Assembly (NCBI GenBank): GCA_035275565.1
Contig: DATEMN010000001.1
Coordinates: 1-56,681, forward strand
DNA length: 56,681 nucleotides
Direction: 5' to 3'
Source: Pseudonocardiaceae bacterium
GTDB lineage: Bacteria; Actinomycetota; Actinomycetes; Mycobacteriales; Pseudonocardiaceae
The position numbers were made by a program, and so were the translations under genes. Shown piece after piece: positions 17,315-26,843 of this stretch. Position 1 is the stretch's first letter, and every line of letters begins with the position of its first letter. The notes under the pieces are model-generated. The model was given only the letters and a program-made list of their open reading frames with translations, had not been told where the DNA came from and did no database searches.

Positions 17315-19197
17315 TGGTGGCTATGGCAGCTGACTGCGCCGCCGCGGTGGCAGCCCACCCGATCATGCGGGTGGTGGCCTGTGGCTCGGTCGACGACGGG
17401 AAGTCAACTCTCATCGGCCGGCTCCTCGCGGAGACAGCCTCGGTTCCCGACGATTTGCTGGACTACGCCAGGAAGACCCGCCGGGGCGGATCCACCGTGC
17501 CGGCGGGCGAGGTGGATTTCTCGCTGCTCACCGACGGTCTGGAAGCCGAGCACGCCCAGGGCATCACGATCGACGTCGCTTACCGGCATCTGTACCTGCC
17601 GTCTGGTCGGCGGGCGATCATCGCCGATGCGCCGGGCCATGAGCAGTACACGCGCAACATGGCGGTCGCCGCCTCCACGGCGGACGTCGCGATCCTGCTC
17701 ATCGACGCCACCAAGGGCATCCGGCTGCAGACGCACCGGCACCTGACGGTGTGTGCGCTGATGCGGGTGCGCTCCGTGATCGTCGCGGTGAACAAGATGG
17801 ATGCTGTCGGCTACCGGCAGGCGATTTTCGAAGAGCTCGCCTGCGGTGTGTGCACCGCGGCCGCCGGTCTTGGGATCGATGACGTCACCGTGATCCCGGT
17901 GTCGGCGATTGCCGGTGACAACGTCGTGACCGCCAGCGCGGCCACTGCTTGGTACAACGGGCGGACGTTGCTCGACGCGCTGTCGCTGTGGAAGCCGTCC
18001 CCGTTGACCGAGGAGCCGGTGGGTCTGCGCCTGCCCGTCCAGTACGTCGTCCGTGCCGACGGGTTCCGTGGGTACGCGGGGACGCTCACCGCTGGGAGGC
18101 TGAGGGTCGGTGACGAGATCGCGGTCGCCCAAAGCGGTGTCGTCGCGAAGGTATCCCGGGTGCTGGCCGCGGGGTGGGACACCGCGGAGGTGGCGACCGG
18201 TACCGCAGTGATGGTCGAGTTCGACCGTGAGGTGGACGTCGGGCGAGGCGACCTGCTGATCGACGCGCCGCCGGCGGGCACGCTGGACTACCCCGCCAAC
18301 GCATTCTCCGCGGACCTGGTCTGGACCGGCGAGCAGCCGCTGATGCGCGGCCGTTCCTACCTGATGGTTGCCGGTGTCCGTACGGTGCCCGCGGTCGTCA
18401 CGGCCGTGCGCGGTCGCCGCGATGTGAGTACCGGCCAGGAGTTGGCCGCCCGGAATCTGACGATCAACGACATCGGTGTCGTCGAGATCGTTACCGACAC
18501 ACCGGTACCGTTGGACGAGTATCGGCGATGCCGGGACAGTGGTGGCTTCATTCTGGTGGACCGGTTGACCCGGGACACCGTCGCTGCGGGTATGACCCGC
18601 CACGCGTTACGCCGAGGCCGCACCGTCGCGCCGCAGGACTTCGTGGTCGACCGGGCGGCTCGGGGTCGTCTCATGGGTCAGCGTCCGCAGGTGGTGTGGT
18701 TGACGGGGCGACCAGGCGCTGGTAAATCGACGATCGCAGACGCTGTGGAGCGACGCTTGCACGCTAGAGGCCTGTACACCTATGTTCTTGACGGTGATAA
18801 TGTCCGGACGGGGCTCAACAAGGATCTCGGATTCACGCCCGAGGACCGCTCGGAGAATGTCCGTCGGGTCGCCGAGACAGCGAAGCTTATGCGAGATGCC
18901 GGGCTGATCGTCATAGTCTCGTTGGTCTCGCCGTTTAGATCCGACCGGCGCGCTGCGCGAGATCTCCTCAATGACGGCGACTTCGTCGAAGTTTTCGTCG
19001 ACACGCCCGCCGATGTTTGTGTCCAGCGCGATCCGAAGGGCCTATACGCCAAGGCGCACGCTGGAGCGATCCCCAACATGACCGGAGTCGGGCAGGCGTA
19101 CGAGCCGCCTGATGCACCAGAGGTGGTGCTGGACGGAACGGCTGATCTCGACGCTGCTACGGCACTTCTCATCAAGGTCATCATGCGCACGGACTGA
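17314..19197 (+). CDS. cysNC: Bifunctional sulfate adenylyltransferase subunit 1 (GTPase) / adenylylsulfate (APS) kinase
   Basis: GTPase motifs GSVDDGKSTLIGRLL, DAPGHEQY, NKMD. C-terminal APS kinase region VVWLTGRPGAGKSTIADAV...LDGDNVRTGLNKDLGF.... Confidence 0.9.
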   Translation: MVAMAADCAAAVAAHPIMRVVACGSVDDGKSTLIGRLLAETASVPDDLLDYARKTRRGGSTVPAGEVDFSLLTDGLEAEHAQGITIDVAYRHLYLPSGRRAIIADAPGHEQYTRNMAVAASTADVAILLIDATKGIRLQTHRHLTVCALMRVRSVIVAVNKMDAVGYRQAIFEELACGVCTAAAGLGIDDVTVIPVSAIAGDNVVTASAATAWYNGRTLLDALSLWKPSPLTEEPVGLRLPVQYVVRADGFRGYAGTLTAGRLRVGDEIAVAQSGVVAKVSRVLAAGWDTAEVATGTAVMVEFDREVDVGRGDLLIDAPPAGTLDYPANAFSADLVWTGEQPLMRGRSYLMVAGVRTVPAVVTAVRGRRDVSTGQELAARNLTINDIGVVEIVTDTPVPLDEYRRCRDSGGFILVDRLTRDTVAAGMTRHALRRGRTVAPQDFVVDRAARGRLMGQRPQVVWLTGRPGAGKSTIADAVERRLHARGLYTYVLDGDNVRTGLNKDLGFTPEDRSENVRRVAETAKLMRDAGLIVIVSLVSPFRSDRRAARDLLNDGDFVEVFVDTPADVCVQRDPKGLYAKAHAGAIPNMTGVGQAYEPPDAPEVVLDGTADLDAATALLIKVIMRTD

Positions 19198-19355
19198 TGT
19201 CGTGTAAGTTGCTCTGACCAAGCTCAGCTAGAAATAAATCATTCGATCGGGTGAAATAGTGAAACTTTTGGCTGCTGGCTGTCTCTTTAAAGATAGTGCC
19301 TCCCCCTGCGGGCGGGTGGCTGCTGCCGAGTCGAGGAGAAGTGGAGGCGCTGCCG

Positions 19356-20618
19356 ATGAACCACGTCCACACCAGGCGCGTGGGCTCGTGGATCGACCTG
19401 CTGGCCCATCTTCCGGAGACCGCGCCAGTAGTGGCCTGGCTCCGCAACGGTGAGGGGCTCGTCGGGTGGGGAGAAGCGATCCGTATCCCGGTCGGCACCG
19501 GGGATGACAGGTTCGCTCGGGCACAGGAGGATTTCACGGCTTTCTGCGCCAGTCTCCACATCGTGGATTTCGTCAACCGGGCCGGCACCGGACCGGTCGC
19601 GTTCGGCAGTTTCGCGTTCGACCCGCGTTCGTCGGATTCGGTGCTTGTTGTGCCGCGGGTGATCTTGGCCCACCGCGACGGCCACAGCTGGCTGACCACG
19701 ATCGGCGGATCAGAGCATTTCCTCGAGTCGATGCCCAGGATGGCGGACAGGTCCGCCTCCCGGATCCGCTACTTCGATGGCGCCCGGCCGGTCGATGAAT
19801 GGCTGGACACGGTGGAGACGGCGGTGGGCGTCATCCGCTCTGGCGCACTTGCCAAGGTTGTCCTCGCTCGCGACGAGATCGCGGTCAGCTCGGAGCGGAT
19901 CGACGTGCGTGTGCTGCTCCGCCGGTTGGTGCGGCGCTTTCCCGAGTGCTTCGCGTTCGCCTGCGACGGTCTGGTCGGCGCGACGCCCGAACTGCTGGTC
20001 CGGCGGACCGGTGCGGAGATCCACTCGATCGTGCTGGCCGGCTCCGCTAACCGCGGGACCAGCCCACAGGAGGACCATCGGATCGGCACGGCTCTGCTGC
20101 ATTCGCCGAAGAACCTGGAAGAACACCACCTGGCCGTGCAGTCGGTGGCCCGGACGCTGGAGTCGCATTGCGCGGTGCTCGACGTAGCCGCACATCCGTC
20201 CTTGTTGACCCTCACCAACGTGCAACATCTCGCGACGCAGCTGACCGGCCGGCTCGCCGCGGACGCCTCTGTGCTGGACCTGGTAGCGGCGCTGCACCCC
20301 ACCGCGGCGGTCTGCGGTACGCCGACCGCCGACGCGTTGGAGCTGATCCGAGGCATCGAGGGCATGGACCGGGGCCGGTACGCCGGGCCGGTCGGCTGGC
20401 TGGACGCCCGTGGTGACGGAGAGTGGGGCATCGCGCTACGCTGCGCTGAGATCACCGGCAACAAGGCCCGTTTGTTCGCTGGTTGCGGTATTGTGGCCGC
20501 ATCGTCCCCTTCAGCCGAATTGGAAGAGAGTGAGATCAAGTTGGGCGCGATGCGCTACGCGCTGGACGGCCTTGATGCGGATCAACGTGGTGCCGGCCTG
20601 AAAAACGAGTTCGCCTAG
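19356..20618 (+). CDS. Isochorismate synthase (MenF/EntC family chorismate-utilising enzyme)
   Basis: ...GATPELLVRR...HPTAAVCGTP...GRYAGPVGWLDARGDGEWGIALRCAEI...AGCGIVAASSPSAELEE. Start is ATG 19356 or GTG 19296. Confidence 0.8.
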   Translation: MNHVHTRRVGSWIDLLAHLPETAPVVAWLRNGEGLVGWGEAIRIPVGTGDDRFARAQEDFTAFCASLHIVDFVNRAGTGPVAFGSFAFDPRSSDSVLVVPRVILAHRDGHSWLTTIGGSEHFLESMPRMADRSASRIRYFDGARPVDEWLDTVETAVGVIRSGALAKVVLARDEIAVSSERIDVRVLLRRLVRRFPECFAFACDGLVGATPELLVRRTGAEIHSIVLAGSANRGTSPQEDHRIGTALLHSPKNLEEHHLAVQSVARTLESHCAVLDVAAHPSLLTLTNVQHLATQLTGRLAADASVLDLVAALHPTAAVCGTPTADALELIRGIEGMDRGRYAGPVGWLDARGDGEWGIALRCAEITGNKARLFAGCGIVAASSPSAELEESEIKLGAMRYALDGLDADQRGAGLKNEFA

Positions 20619-20657
20619 ATCGTGGGCACCATTTTTTCGGACAGGGGAAACATTAAT

Positions 20658-22163
20658 ATGATCGACCGACGTACTGCGTCGCGAAACCTCCGCATCCAGG
20701 CCGCGGAGAGCGAGTACGCGCGCCACGTGCCCGAGCAGCTCGCAAACGGTGAGGAGTTCACTTATCCGTACGTCGCCAGCTATTCGAAAGGTCTGCCGCA
20801 TGACACCTTCGGAGACGTCGAGCCGAGGGCGTACCGGCTGCTGCTGCGAGCGCTGGCCACGAAGCGGTTCGAGGACTTCGAGCAGATCCCGCTGGGTCGT
20901 CCGGATAGCAGGCGGCTGACGCACCCGCAGGCTGGGCTCGCCTTCGACTTGGAGGGCACGGACGCGCAAGCACTCACCATCCCGCCCGCGCCGCGGATCG
21001 ACGGGCCGCGTAACTCGGCGGAAATGGCCGAGCTGTACTGGATGGCGCTGTCCCGCGACGTTCGGTTCACCGATTTTCGCACCGACCGTGTCGTTGCCGC
21101 GGCCGCAGCCGATCTCTCGGCCATGTCCGACTTCCGTGGTCCGAAGCGCAACGGCAAGGTGACTCCAGGGACGCTGTTCCGCGGCTCCACGCCCGGTGAC
21201 CTGGCTGGCCCGTTCATCTCCCAGTTCCTCTTCGCGGATGTCCCGTACTGGACAACGCCGATGCGCCAGCACATCAGCACCGTCCAGGCTGGTGTCGACT
21301 ACCTCACCGAATTCGATGAGTGGTTGGCCGTGCAGAACGGCGCGCCGCGCGACCCCGGGCGCCCGAGCGGCCCGCTCCGCTACCTCCAGACGCCTCGCGA
21401 TCTGGCGACCTATGTCCACCTGGACGCGCCGCCGTATCAGGCGTACCTGAACGCCAACCTGATCCTCTTCGGCATGCGCGCACCGCTCGACCCGGGCAAC
21501 CCGTACCTGTACTCGAAGAACCAGGAAGCGTTGGTCGCCTACGGTCCGGCGCAAATCTTCACCCTCGTCGCCGAAGTCGTGGCGCGTGCACTCAAGGCGA
21601 TCTGGTATCAGAAGTGGTCCGTGCATCGCCGGCTGCGGCCGGAGGAGTTCGGTGGCCGAGTTCACCTGCACAAGACCGGGCGACGATCGTACCCGATGAT
21701 CGACGCCGAGGTCCTCAATTCCGGGGCGCTGCGGGCCACGCACGAGAAGTGGGGCACGTATCTGCTCCGGCAGGCATACCCTGAGGGCTCGCCCACCCAC
21801 CCCGCGTATGGGGCGGGACACGCGGTGATCGCCGGTGCCTGCGTCACGGTCCTCAAGGCATGGTTCGACGAATCGTACATCCTGCCCAATCCCAAGGTGC
21901 CGAACGATGCGGGTAGCGAGCTCGTCGACTACGACGGTCCGGACCGCGGCCGGCTCACCGTGGGCGGTGAGCTGAACAAGCTGGCGGCCAACATCTCAAC
22001 CGGCCGCAACATCGCGGGGATACATTGGAGAACGGACTACGATGAGGCTGTCACGCTCGGCGAGACCGTGGCAATCCGTCTGCTCCGTGAGCAGCAGCTG
22101 GCGGCGCACGAAATCGGAGCGTTGTCTCTGACCCGGTTCGACGGGACCACAGTCGTGATCTAG
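20658..22163 (+). CDS. Vanadium-dependent haloperoxidase-like / PAP2-superfamily protein
   Basis: Three vanadate/phosphate-site motifs: KAIWYQKWSVHRRLRPEE (K...RP), SPTHPAYGAGHA (variant of PSGH, Ser->Ala), and GRNIAGIHWRTD (R...H). An RBS-like aggggaa lies before ATG 20658 (the track start is 20622). Confidence 0.7.
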   Translation: MIDRRTASRNLRIQAAESEYARHVPEQLANGEEFTYPYVASYSKGLPHDTFGDVEPRAYRLLLRALATKRFEDFEQIPLGRPDSRRLTHPQAGLAFDLEGTDAQALTIPPAPRIDGPRNSAEMAELYWMALSRDVRFTDFRTDRVVAAAAADLSAMSDFRGPKRNGKVTPGTLFRGSTPGDLAGPFISQFLFADVPYWTTPMRQHISTVQAGVDYLTEFDEWLAVQNGAPRDPGRPSGPLRYLQTPRDLATYVHLDAPPYQAYLNANLILFGMRAPLDPGNPYLYSKNQEALVAYGPAQIFTLVAEVVARALKAIWYQKWSVHRRLRPEEFGGRVHLHKTGRRSYPMIDAEVLNSGALRATHEKWGTYLLRQAYPEGSPTHPAYGAGHAVIAGACVTVLKAWFDESYILPNPKVPNDAGSELVDYDGPDRGRLTVGGELNKLAANISTGRNIAGIHWRTDYDEAVTLGETVAIRLLREQQLAAHEIGALSLTRFDGTTVVI

Positions 22164-22207
22164 CGACCAGCCGCACGGGAATCTTCAGTTTGAGGTGGCG
22201 TGTTCCC

Positions 22208-24049
22208 ATGGTGCTCCATAAATCAATCTTGATTCGTCGTGGTGAGTCGGCCGCTGCCGATGTCACCGCACGACATCTTCGGGCACTCGGATGTGCGATC
22301 ACCGCTGGCCCCGGTCTTTCGGCCGCTGGCAGTGAGACTTGCAGTGCCGGCCATCTCAGCCTGAACGCAAGCGATAGCCGAGACGGTCCACCCCGGGTGG
22401 AATGCGCGATCGACTGGGCCGGTCCCGTCGATGCACCATTGTGCGACGAAGTCAGTGTCCAGGCCGCCTGCGGGATCATGCAGGTGCATGGACGCAAATC
22501 CGGCGCCCCTGAGGTCCTCGCTGTCGACTTCGCGTCGACCGCAGCCGGCGTGCTCGCCACGCAAGGAATTTTGGCTGCGCTGATCGGACAACTCCGCGGC
22601 ATCGATGTGCGTCATATCACCACCTCGGTCTCCCAAGCAGCGTTGCTGTGCGTGTCCCAGTACCTGGCAGCTGCGACCACCGACGATGATTGGACTGAAA
22701 CCGAACGTCCCGGCGGGCCGCCATTCGTGTCAGCAGACGAGGTGCGTTTCGAGATCGAGGTCCTTGAAGCCGATGGATGGCAACGCTTCTGGAGGCGTCT
22801 GGACGCCGATCATCTCTCCATCAGAAACGGTTGGCGTACGTTTTTGAATCGTTACGCCGTCGCGACTTGTCCACTGCCCGACGAGTTATGCGAAGCCGCT
22901 CTTCGTAACTGTTTCGCCGATGTGGTTGCGGCCGCAGTCGAAGCAGAGGTCAGCATTCTGCAACTGCGTACGCCGGCCGAGTGGAGGGCAGCGCGCGCCG
23001 CAGAGCGATCAGGCGACATTCCTCCTTGGCGGATCACGTCGATACCGGCTCGACCGGCGACGATGGCCTTGTCCCGCCCGGCGGCCGGAGTCGCGTCGCC
23101 GCTCGCGGGAATCCGGGTCATCGAGTCATGTAGACGGATTCAAGGCCCGCTCGCTGGACACATTCTCCAGCTTCTCGGCGCCCAGGTCATACGCATCGAA
23201 CCGCCGGGCGGGGATCCGCTTCGGGGCATGCCCCCGATAGCCGGCGACTGCTCGGCGCGTTTCCTGGCGCTCAACCAGAACAAGGAGGACATCCAGATCG
23301 ATCTCAAGTCGGCGACCGGGCGTCGGGAGGTATATGAACTGGTCGCGGAAGCCGACGTGTTCGTGCATAACTGGGCGCCGGGAAGAGCAGCGAAACTGGA
23401 ACTAGACGCCGAACAGCTCATGGCCGTTCGGCAGGGGTTGGTCTATTCCCACGCATCGGGGTGGGGTGACGCCTTCGATACCCGACCACCGTTGGGCACC
23501 GATTTCATGGTTCAGGCATACAGCGGTCTGGCAGCGATGGTGCGACCGCCTCATGAAGCTCCAGCGCCTTCTTTGATGACCCTTACCGACGTGTTGGGTG
23601 GTCTGGTCTGTGCTGAGGGAGTGCTCGCCGGCCTGCTCGCCCGAGCCCGCACCGGGGAAGGCCAACGGGTGGACTCCTCCCTGCTTTCCGCCGCCATGGT
23701 TCTCCAAGAGCCGGTTCGCCAAGAGCCGGTCTGGACGCCGTTGCACCAGGCATTGCCAACCAGTGACGGATATCTGGTGCTCTCGGAGCGGACCCGGGGT
23801 GTGCCAGACCAGGTGGCGGCAGTGTGCGGCGTCCGGCGCGCTGGCGGGCAGCCTGAGAGCACCGAGATCGCTGCCCGTTTTCAATGTGAGACCACGAACA
23901 CCTGGGTGGCACGGCTGCGTGCGGCCGGGCTGGGTGCTACCCCGGTGTGCACCGATCTGGCCGCGATGGCTGTCGATCCTCGGTTCGCTCGGGCGCTGTG
24001 CCGGCAGAGCTTCACCTTCCCACGGCTACCCTGGGAGTTCTCGCCTTGA
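22208..24049 (+). CDS. Family III CoA-transferase (CaiB/BaiF type), apparently a tandem double domain
   Basis: The C-terminal half has the canonical IRVIESCRRIQGPLAGHILQLLGAQVIRIEPPGGDPLR...LNQNKEDIQIDLKS...ADVFVHNW. The N-terminal ~290 aa look like a second, degenerate copy. Confidence 0.75.
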   Translation: MVLHKSILIRRGESAAADVTARHLRALGCAITAGPGLSAAGSETCSAGHLSLNASDSRDGPPRVECAIDWAGPVDAPLCDEVSVQAACGIMQVHGRKSGAPEVLAVDFASTAAGVLATQGILAALIGQLRGIDVRHITTSVSQAALLCVSQYLAAATTDDDWTETERPGGPPFVSADEVRFEIEVLEADGWQRFWRRLDADHLSIRNGWRTFLNRYAVATCPLPDELCEAALRNCFADVVAAAVEAEVSILQLRTPAEWRAARAAERSGDIPPWRITSIPARPATMALSRPAAGVASPLAGIRVIESCRRIQGPLAGHILQLLGAQVIRIEPPGGDPLRGMPPIAGDCSARFLALNQNKEDIQIDLKSATGRREVYELVAEADVFVHNWAPGRAAKLELDAEQLMAVRQGLVYSHASGWGDAFDTRPPLGTDFMVQAYSGLAAMVRPPHEAPAPSLMTLTDVLGGLVCAEGVLAGLLARARTGEGQRVDSSLLSAAMVLQEPVRQEPVWTPLHQALPTSDGYLVLSERTRGVPDQVAAVCGVRRAGGQPESTEIAARFQCETTNTWVARLRAAGLGATPVCTDLAAMAVDPRFARALCRQSFTFPRLPWEFSP

Positions 24050-24183
24050 CGAGGTCGTCCCGTCTCCATCCAGGGGTGGAAGTCCGGCGAGATGATCCAC
24101 CCTGCTGACCATGCGGGCGCTGCCGCCCGGCGTCCATCATAGGTGTCTGTCGGCGAGTTCAGTCCTGTGGAGAGGGAGTAGCG

Positions 24184-24267
24184 ATGACCATCGCGATATG
24201 TATCGTAGCGGCGATTGTGCTGGCGAGTTTGGTGACCTGGGGAATCCGGAGTAGGGGGCGGGGGTGA
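24184..24267 (+). CDS. Unannotated 27-codon hydrophobic micro-ORF
   Basis: My own reading gives MTIAICIVAAIVLASLVTWGIRSRGRG*. A strong SD-like ggagagggag (24169-24178) lies ~6 nt upstream. Its TGA overlaps the GTG start of the next gene (GTGA at 24264-24267). Confidence 0.3.
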   Translation: MTIAICIVAAIVLASLVTWGIRSRGRG

Positions 24268-24599
24268 CCGGCATGCTGGACGAGAGGCCGATGACCGACG
24301 ACGCACGGGGTATTCGCCGTGAGCGGCGGGGTTTGTGGACGGTGATCGGAGCATTCGCGATCTGTCCTTGTCACTTACCGATTACGTTGGCCCTGCTCGG
24401 CGTCGCCTTGGGTGGTAGTGCTGCCGGCGCCTTTCTTCGGGACAACGTCGTGCTGGCCGGTGCGGTTATTACGATCGTATGGGCGGCGTTGACCTGGCGT
24501 GGTGTCTGGCTGCTGCGCCACGGTCGCAGTTGCCCGTTACCCGGGACCACCCAGCCCGGTAAACTAGCGTGGATGGCCAGCATGCGTCGGCGCCGGTAA
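24264..24599 (+). CDS. MerE-like small membrane protein (CPCHLP motif)
   Basis: ...WTVIGAFAICPCHLPITLALLGVALGGSAAGAFL... closely parallels Tn21 MerE as I recall it (...LAVLTCPCHLPILAAVLAGTTAGAFL...). Two TM helices. Confidence 0.6.
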   Translation: MTGMLDERPMTDDARGIRRERRGLWTVIGAFAICPCHLPITLALLGVALGGSAAGAFLRDNVVLAGAVITIVWAALTWRGVWLLRHGRSCPLPGTTQPGKLAWMASMRRRR

Positions 24600-24606
24600 G
24601 GGCCAC

Positions 24607-25494
24607 ATGGTGATGACGGTTGAGCAGACGGTCGTGGCGGGTGCTGTATGTGCCGCGGCCGCTGGCTTGCTGCGGCTACGCTATGCAGTGTCAGCCCTGA
24701 TGGCGATTGTCGCGGGGCTGTTGGTGGCAGTGCCATCAGGTGAGCCCGCGGCCGCGTTACTGCCCACGTGTGCTTTCCTGATCGTGGCTCTGACGCGCGC
24801 GGTGATCCGTGAGCGGGCCGCCAAGCATAAGTTGCGGGAGTCGTTCGCGGCAGAGGCTGCGGCGAAGTCGCGGGCCGCGGTCCTCGCTGAGCGTACGCGT
24901 ATCGCAGGTGACATCCACGATGTCATCGCGCATTCCCTTGGCGCCATGCTGATCCACTTGATGGCCGCCCGGGCGTTACTGGAGGACGACCTGCCCGACC
25001 TGCCACGAATGGCGCGGATGATCGACCAAGCCGTCGACGTCGCCCGTTCAGCCGTCCACAAGGGGCAGACAGCGGTAGGTGCCTTGCGAGGCGACCCCCT
25101 GGGCTGGGCGGACATCCGCCGCATGGTCGAGGACTTCATGGTGACCAGTGGCATGCGGTGCACGATTGATCTGCCCGCCACCATGCCTCCCCTGACACCT
25201 GCGACGAGCCTGGCGATCTACTACACGGTTCAAGAGGCGTTGACCAACGCGGCCCGTCACAGTGGTGGCACGGCGGAGGTGGCGGTGAACATCACTGTCG
25301 ATGACGGCCGGGTGAGCGTCCGTATCCAGGACAATGGCACCGCGGAGTTCCCAAGTGGCCCACGTAGGCTCGGCACCGGGCAGGGACTGCGCGGGCTGCG
25401 GGAGCGCGCCGCCGATGTGGGAGGTGACTTGGTCGCCGGGCCCACCGGCAACGGATTCGTGGTGCGTCTCGAGGTGCCTCTGCAGAGGGGGTGA
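24607..25494 (+). CDS. Sensor histidine kinase, NarL/DesK class (HisKA_3)
   Basis: N-terminal TM helices; H-box RIAGDIHDVIAHSL; ATPase motifs EALTNAARHSG and GQGLRGLRERA...GF. Confidence 0.85.
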   Translation: MVMTVEQTVVAGAVCAAAAGLLRLRYAVSALMAIVAGLLVAVPSGEPAAALLPTCAFLIVALTRAVIRERAAKHKLRESFAAEAAAKSRAAVLAERTRIAGDIHDVIAHSLGAMLIHLMAARALLEDDLPDLPRMARMIDQAVDVARSAVHKGQTAVGALRGDPLGWADIRRMVEDFMVTSGMRCTIDLPATMPPLTPATSLAIYYTVQEALTNAARHSGGTAEVAVNITVDDGRVSVRIQDNGTAEFPSGPRRLGTGQGLRGLRERAADVGGDLVAGPTGNGFVVRLEVPLQRG

Positions 25495-25501
25495 GCTCTG
25501 A

Positions 25502-26173
25502 ATGAATAACATCCGTGTCCTGGTCGTCGATGACCAGCCACTGGTCCGCGAGGGTTTGGTCATTCTGCTGGAGCGGCTTGAGGGAATCGAGGTGGTAGGC
25601 AGCGCGGCCGATGGTCAGCACGCGCTGACACTACTGAACACCTTGCGCCCCCAGGTGATTCTCATGGACCTGCGGATGCCCGGCATGGACGGGATTGAGA
25701 CCACGCGACGCGCAGTCGCGGCCCATCCCGACATTGTCGTGCTAGCACTGACCACCTACCCTGACGACCGTTCTCTGTTCGCGGCGCTTCGTGCCGGGGC
25801 CCGTGGCTACCTGACCAAAGACGCCACACTCGAAGAAATCACAGCGGCGTTGCGTGCTGTCGCCTCCGGGGCAACAGCATTGGCGGCCGGTGCCCAGAGC
25901 AGACTCGTCGCGGCAGCGCTCCGGCCGACCCACCGACCCGGTGACGGGCCTGATGGCCTGACTCCTCGAGAAACGGAGGTACTACAGCTTGTCGCTGAGG
26001 GGCTGCGCAACGAAGACATCGCCACTCGCCTCACCATCAGCACCGTAACTGTCAAGACGCACATCAATCACATCTTCGGGAAGATCGGAGCAGCGGATCG
26101 GGCACAAGCCGTCGCCTACGCGTTCCGCAGTGGCCTGGTATGCTCAGTTGAGGGAACGAGACTCGACAGTTAA
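25502..26173 (+). CDS. Response regulator, NarL/LuxR family
   Basis: IRVLVVDDQPLVREG...VILMDLRMPGMDG... plus the LuxR HTH LTPRETEVLQLVAEGLRNEDIATRLTISTVTVKTHINHIF. Confidence 0.9.
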   Translation: MNNIRVLVVDDQPLVREGLVILLERLEGIEVVGSAADGQHALTLLNTLRPQVILMDLRMPGMDGIETTRRAVAAHPDIVVLALTTYPDDRSLFAALRAGARGYLTKDATLEEITAALRAVASGATALAAGAQSRLVAAALRPTHRPGDGPDGLTPRETEVLQLVAEGLRNEDIATRLTISTVTVKTHINHIFGKIGAADRAQAVAYAFRSGLVCSVEGTRLDS

Positions 26174-26180
26174 GGTCGAT

Positions 26181-26834
26181 ATGTCATCATTACGAGTGAT
26201 AGGTGTAGGGCTGGGGCGGACCGGAACGCACTCCTTGAAGCTGGCGTTGGAGCGGCTTCTGAATGCCCCTTGTTATCACATGTTCGAGGTATTCGACCAT
26301 CCTGGGCACATCGAGGTCTGGAAGGCGGCAATCGACGGTAGCCCGCCGGATTGGAACGAATTTTTCGCAGGGTACCAGGCTACGGTCGACTGGCCTGCGG
26401 CCGCATTCTGGACAGAGTTGATCGACGTTTACCCCGATGCGGTCGTCGTGCTCTCTGTACGACCGACGGCGGAATGGTGGCGCAGCGCTAGCCGTACGAT
26501 CTTTGCGGTGATCCAGAGTTTCGAGTTGTCGGCCGAGGGAGAGCCACCACGGAATCCCGTTGTCGCTGCTCAGCGTAAGATGGCCGGCGACCTGCTTCGA
26601 GCTCGATTCGTTCAGGACTTCGGCGACGAGCGCACAGCCTGCGAGGCGTACGAACGTCATAACGAGGCTGTACGCCTCCGGGTCCCGGCTGGGCGTCTCG
26701 TGGAGTGGACACCGGGTGACGGGTGGGAGCCGATTTGCGCCGCGCTTGGCGTGCCCGTACCCGAGGATGAATTCCCGCATACAAACACCACCGAAGAATT
26801 CCGCGTGGTGACACGATTGCCGCCCCTCGTGTAA
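26181..26834 (+). CDS. PAPS-dependent sulfotransferase family protein
   Basis: MSSLRVIGVGLGRTGTHSLKLALERLL (5'-PSB loop-like GxxGTxS)...VVLSVRPTAEWWRS... The start is taken at ATG 26181. Confidence 0.75.
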   Translation: MSSLRVIGVGLGRTGTHSLKLALERLLNAPCYHMFEVFDHPGHIEVWKAAIDGSPPDWNEFFAGYQATVDWPAAAFWTELIDVYPDAVVVLSVRPTAEWWRSASRTIFAVIQSFELSAEGEPPRNPVVAAQRKMAGDLLRARFVQDFGDERTACEAYERHNEAVRLRVPAGRLVEWTPGDGWEPICAALGVPVPEDEFPHTNTTEEFRVVTRLPPLV

Positions 26835-26843
26835 AACTTAAAG

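Noticed and set aside
17404-18603. 399-aa minus-strand ORF inside cysNC. Similar long antisense ORFs occur at 20511..21821, 37093..38517, 52631..53647, 53738..54787 and 27257..28504
   Set aside because: Each is antisense or out of frame to a gene with clear family motifs, and none has recognisable motifs of its own.
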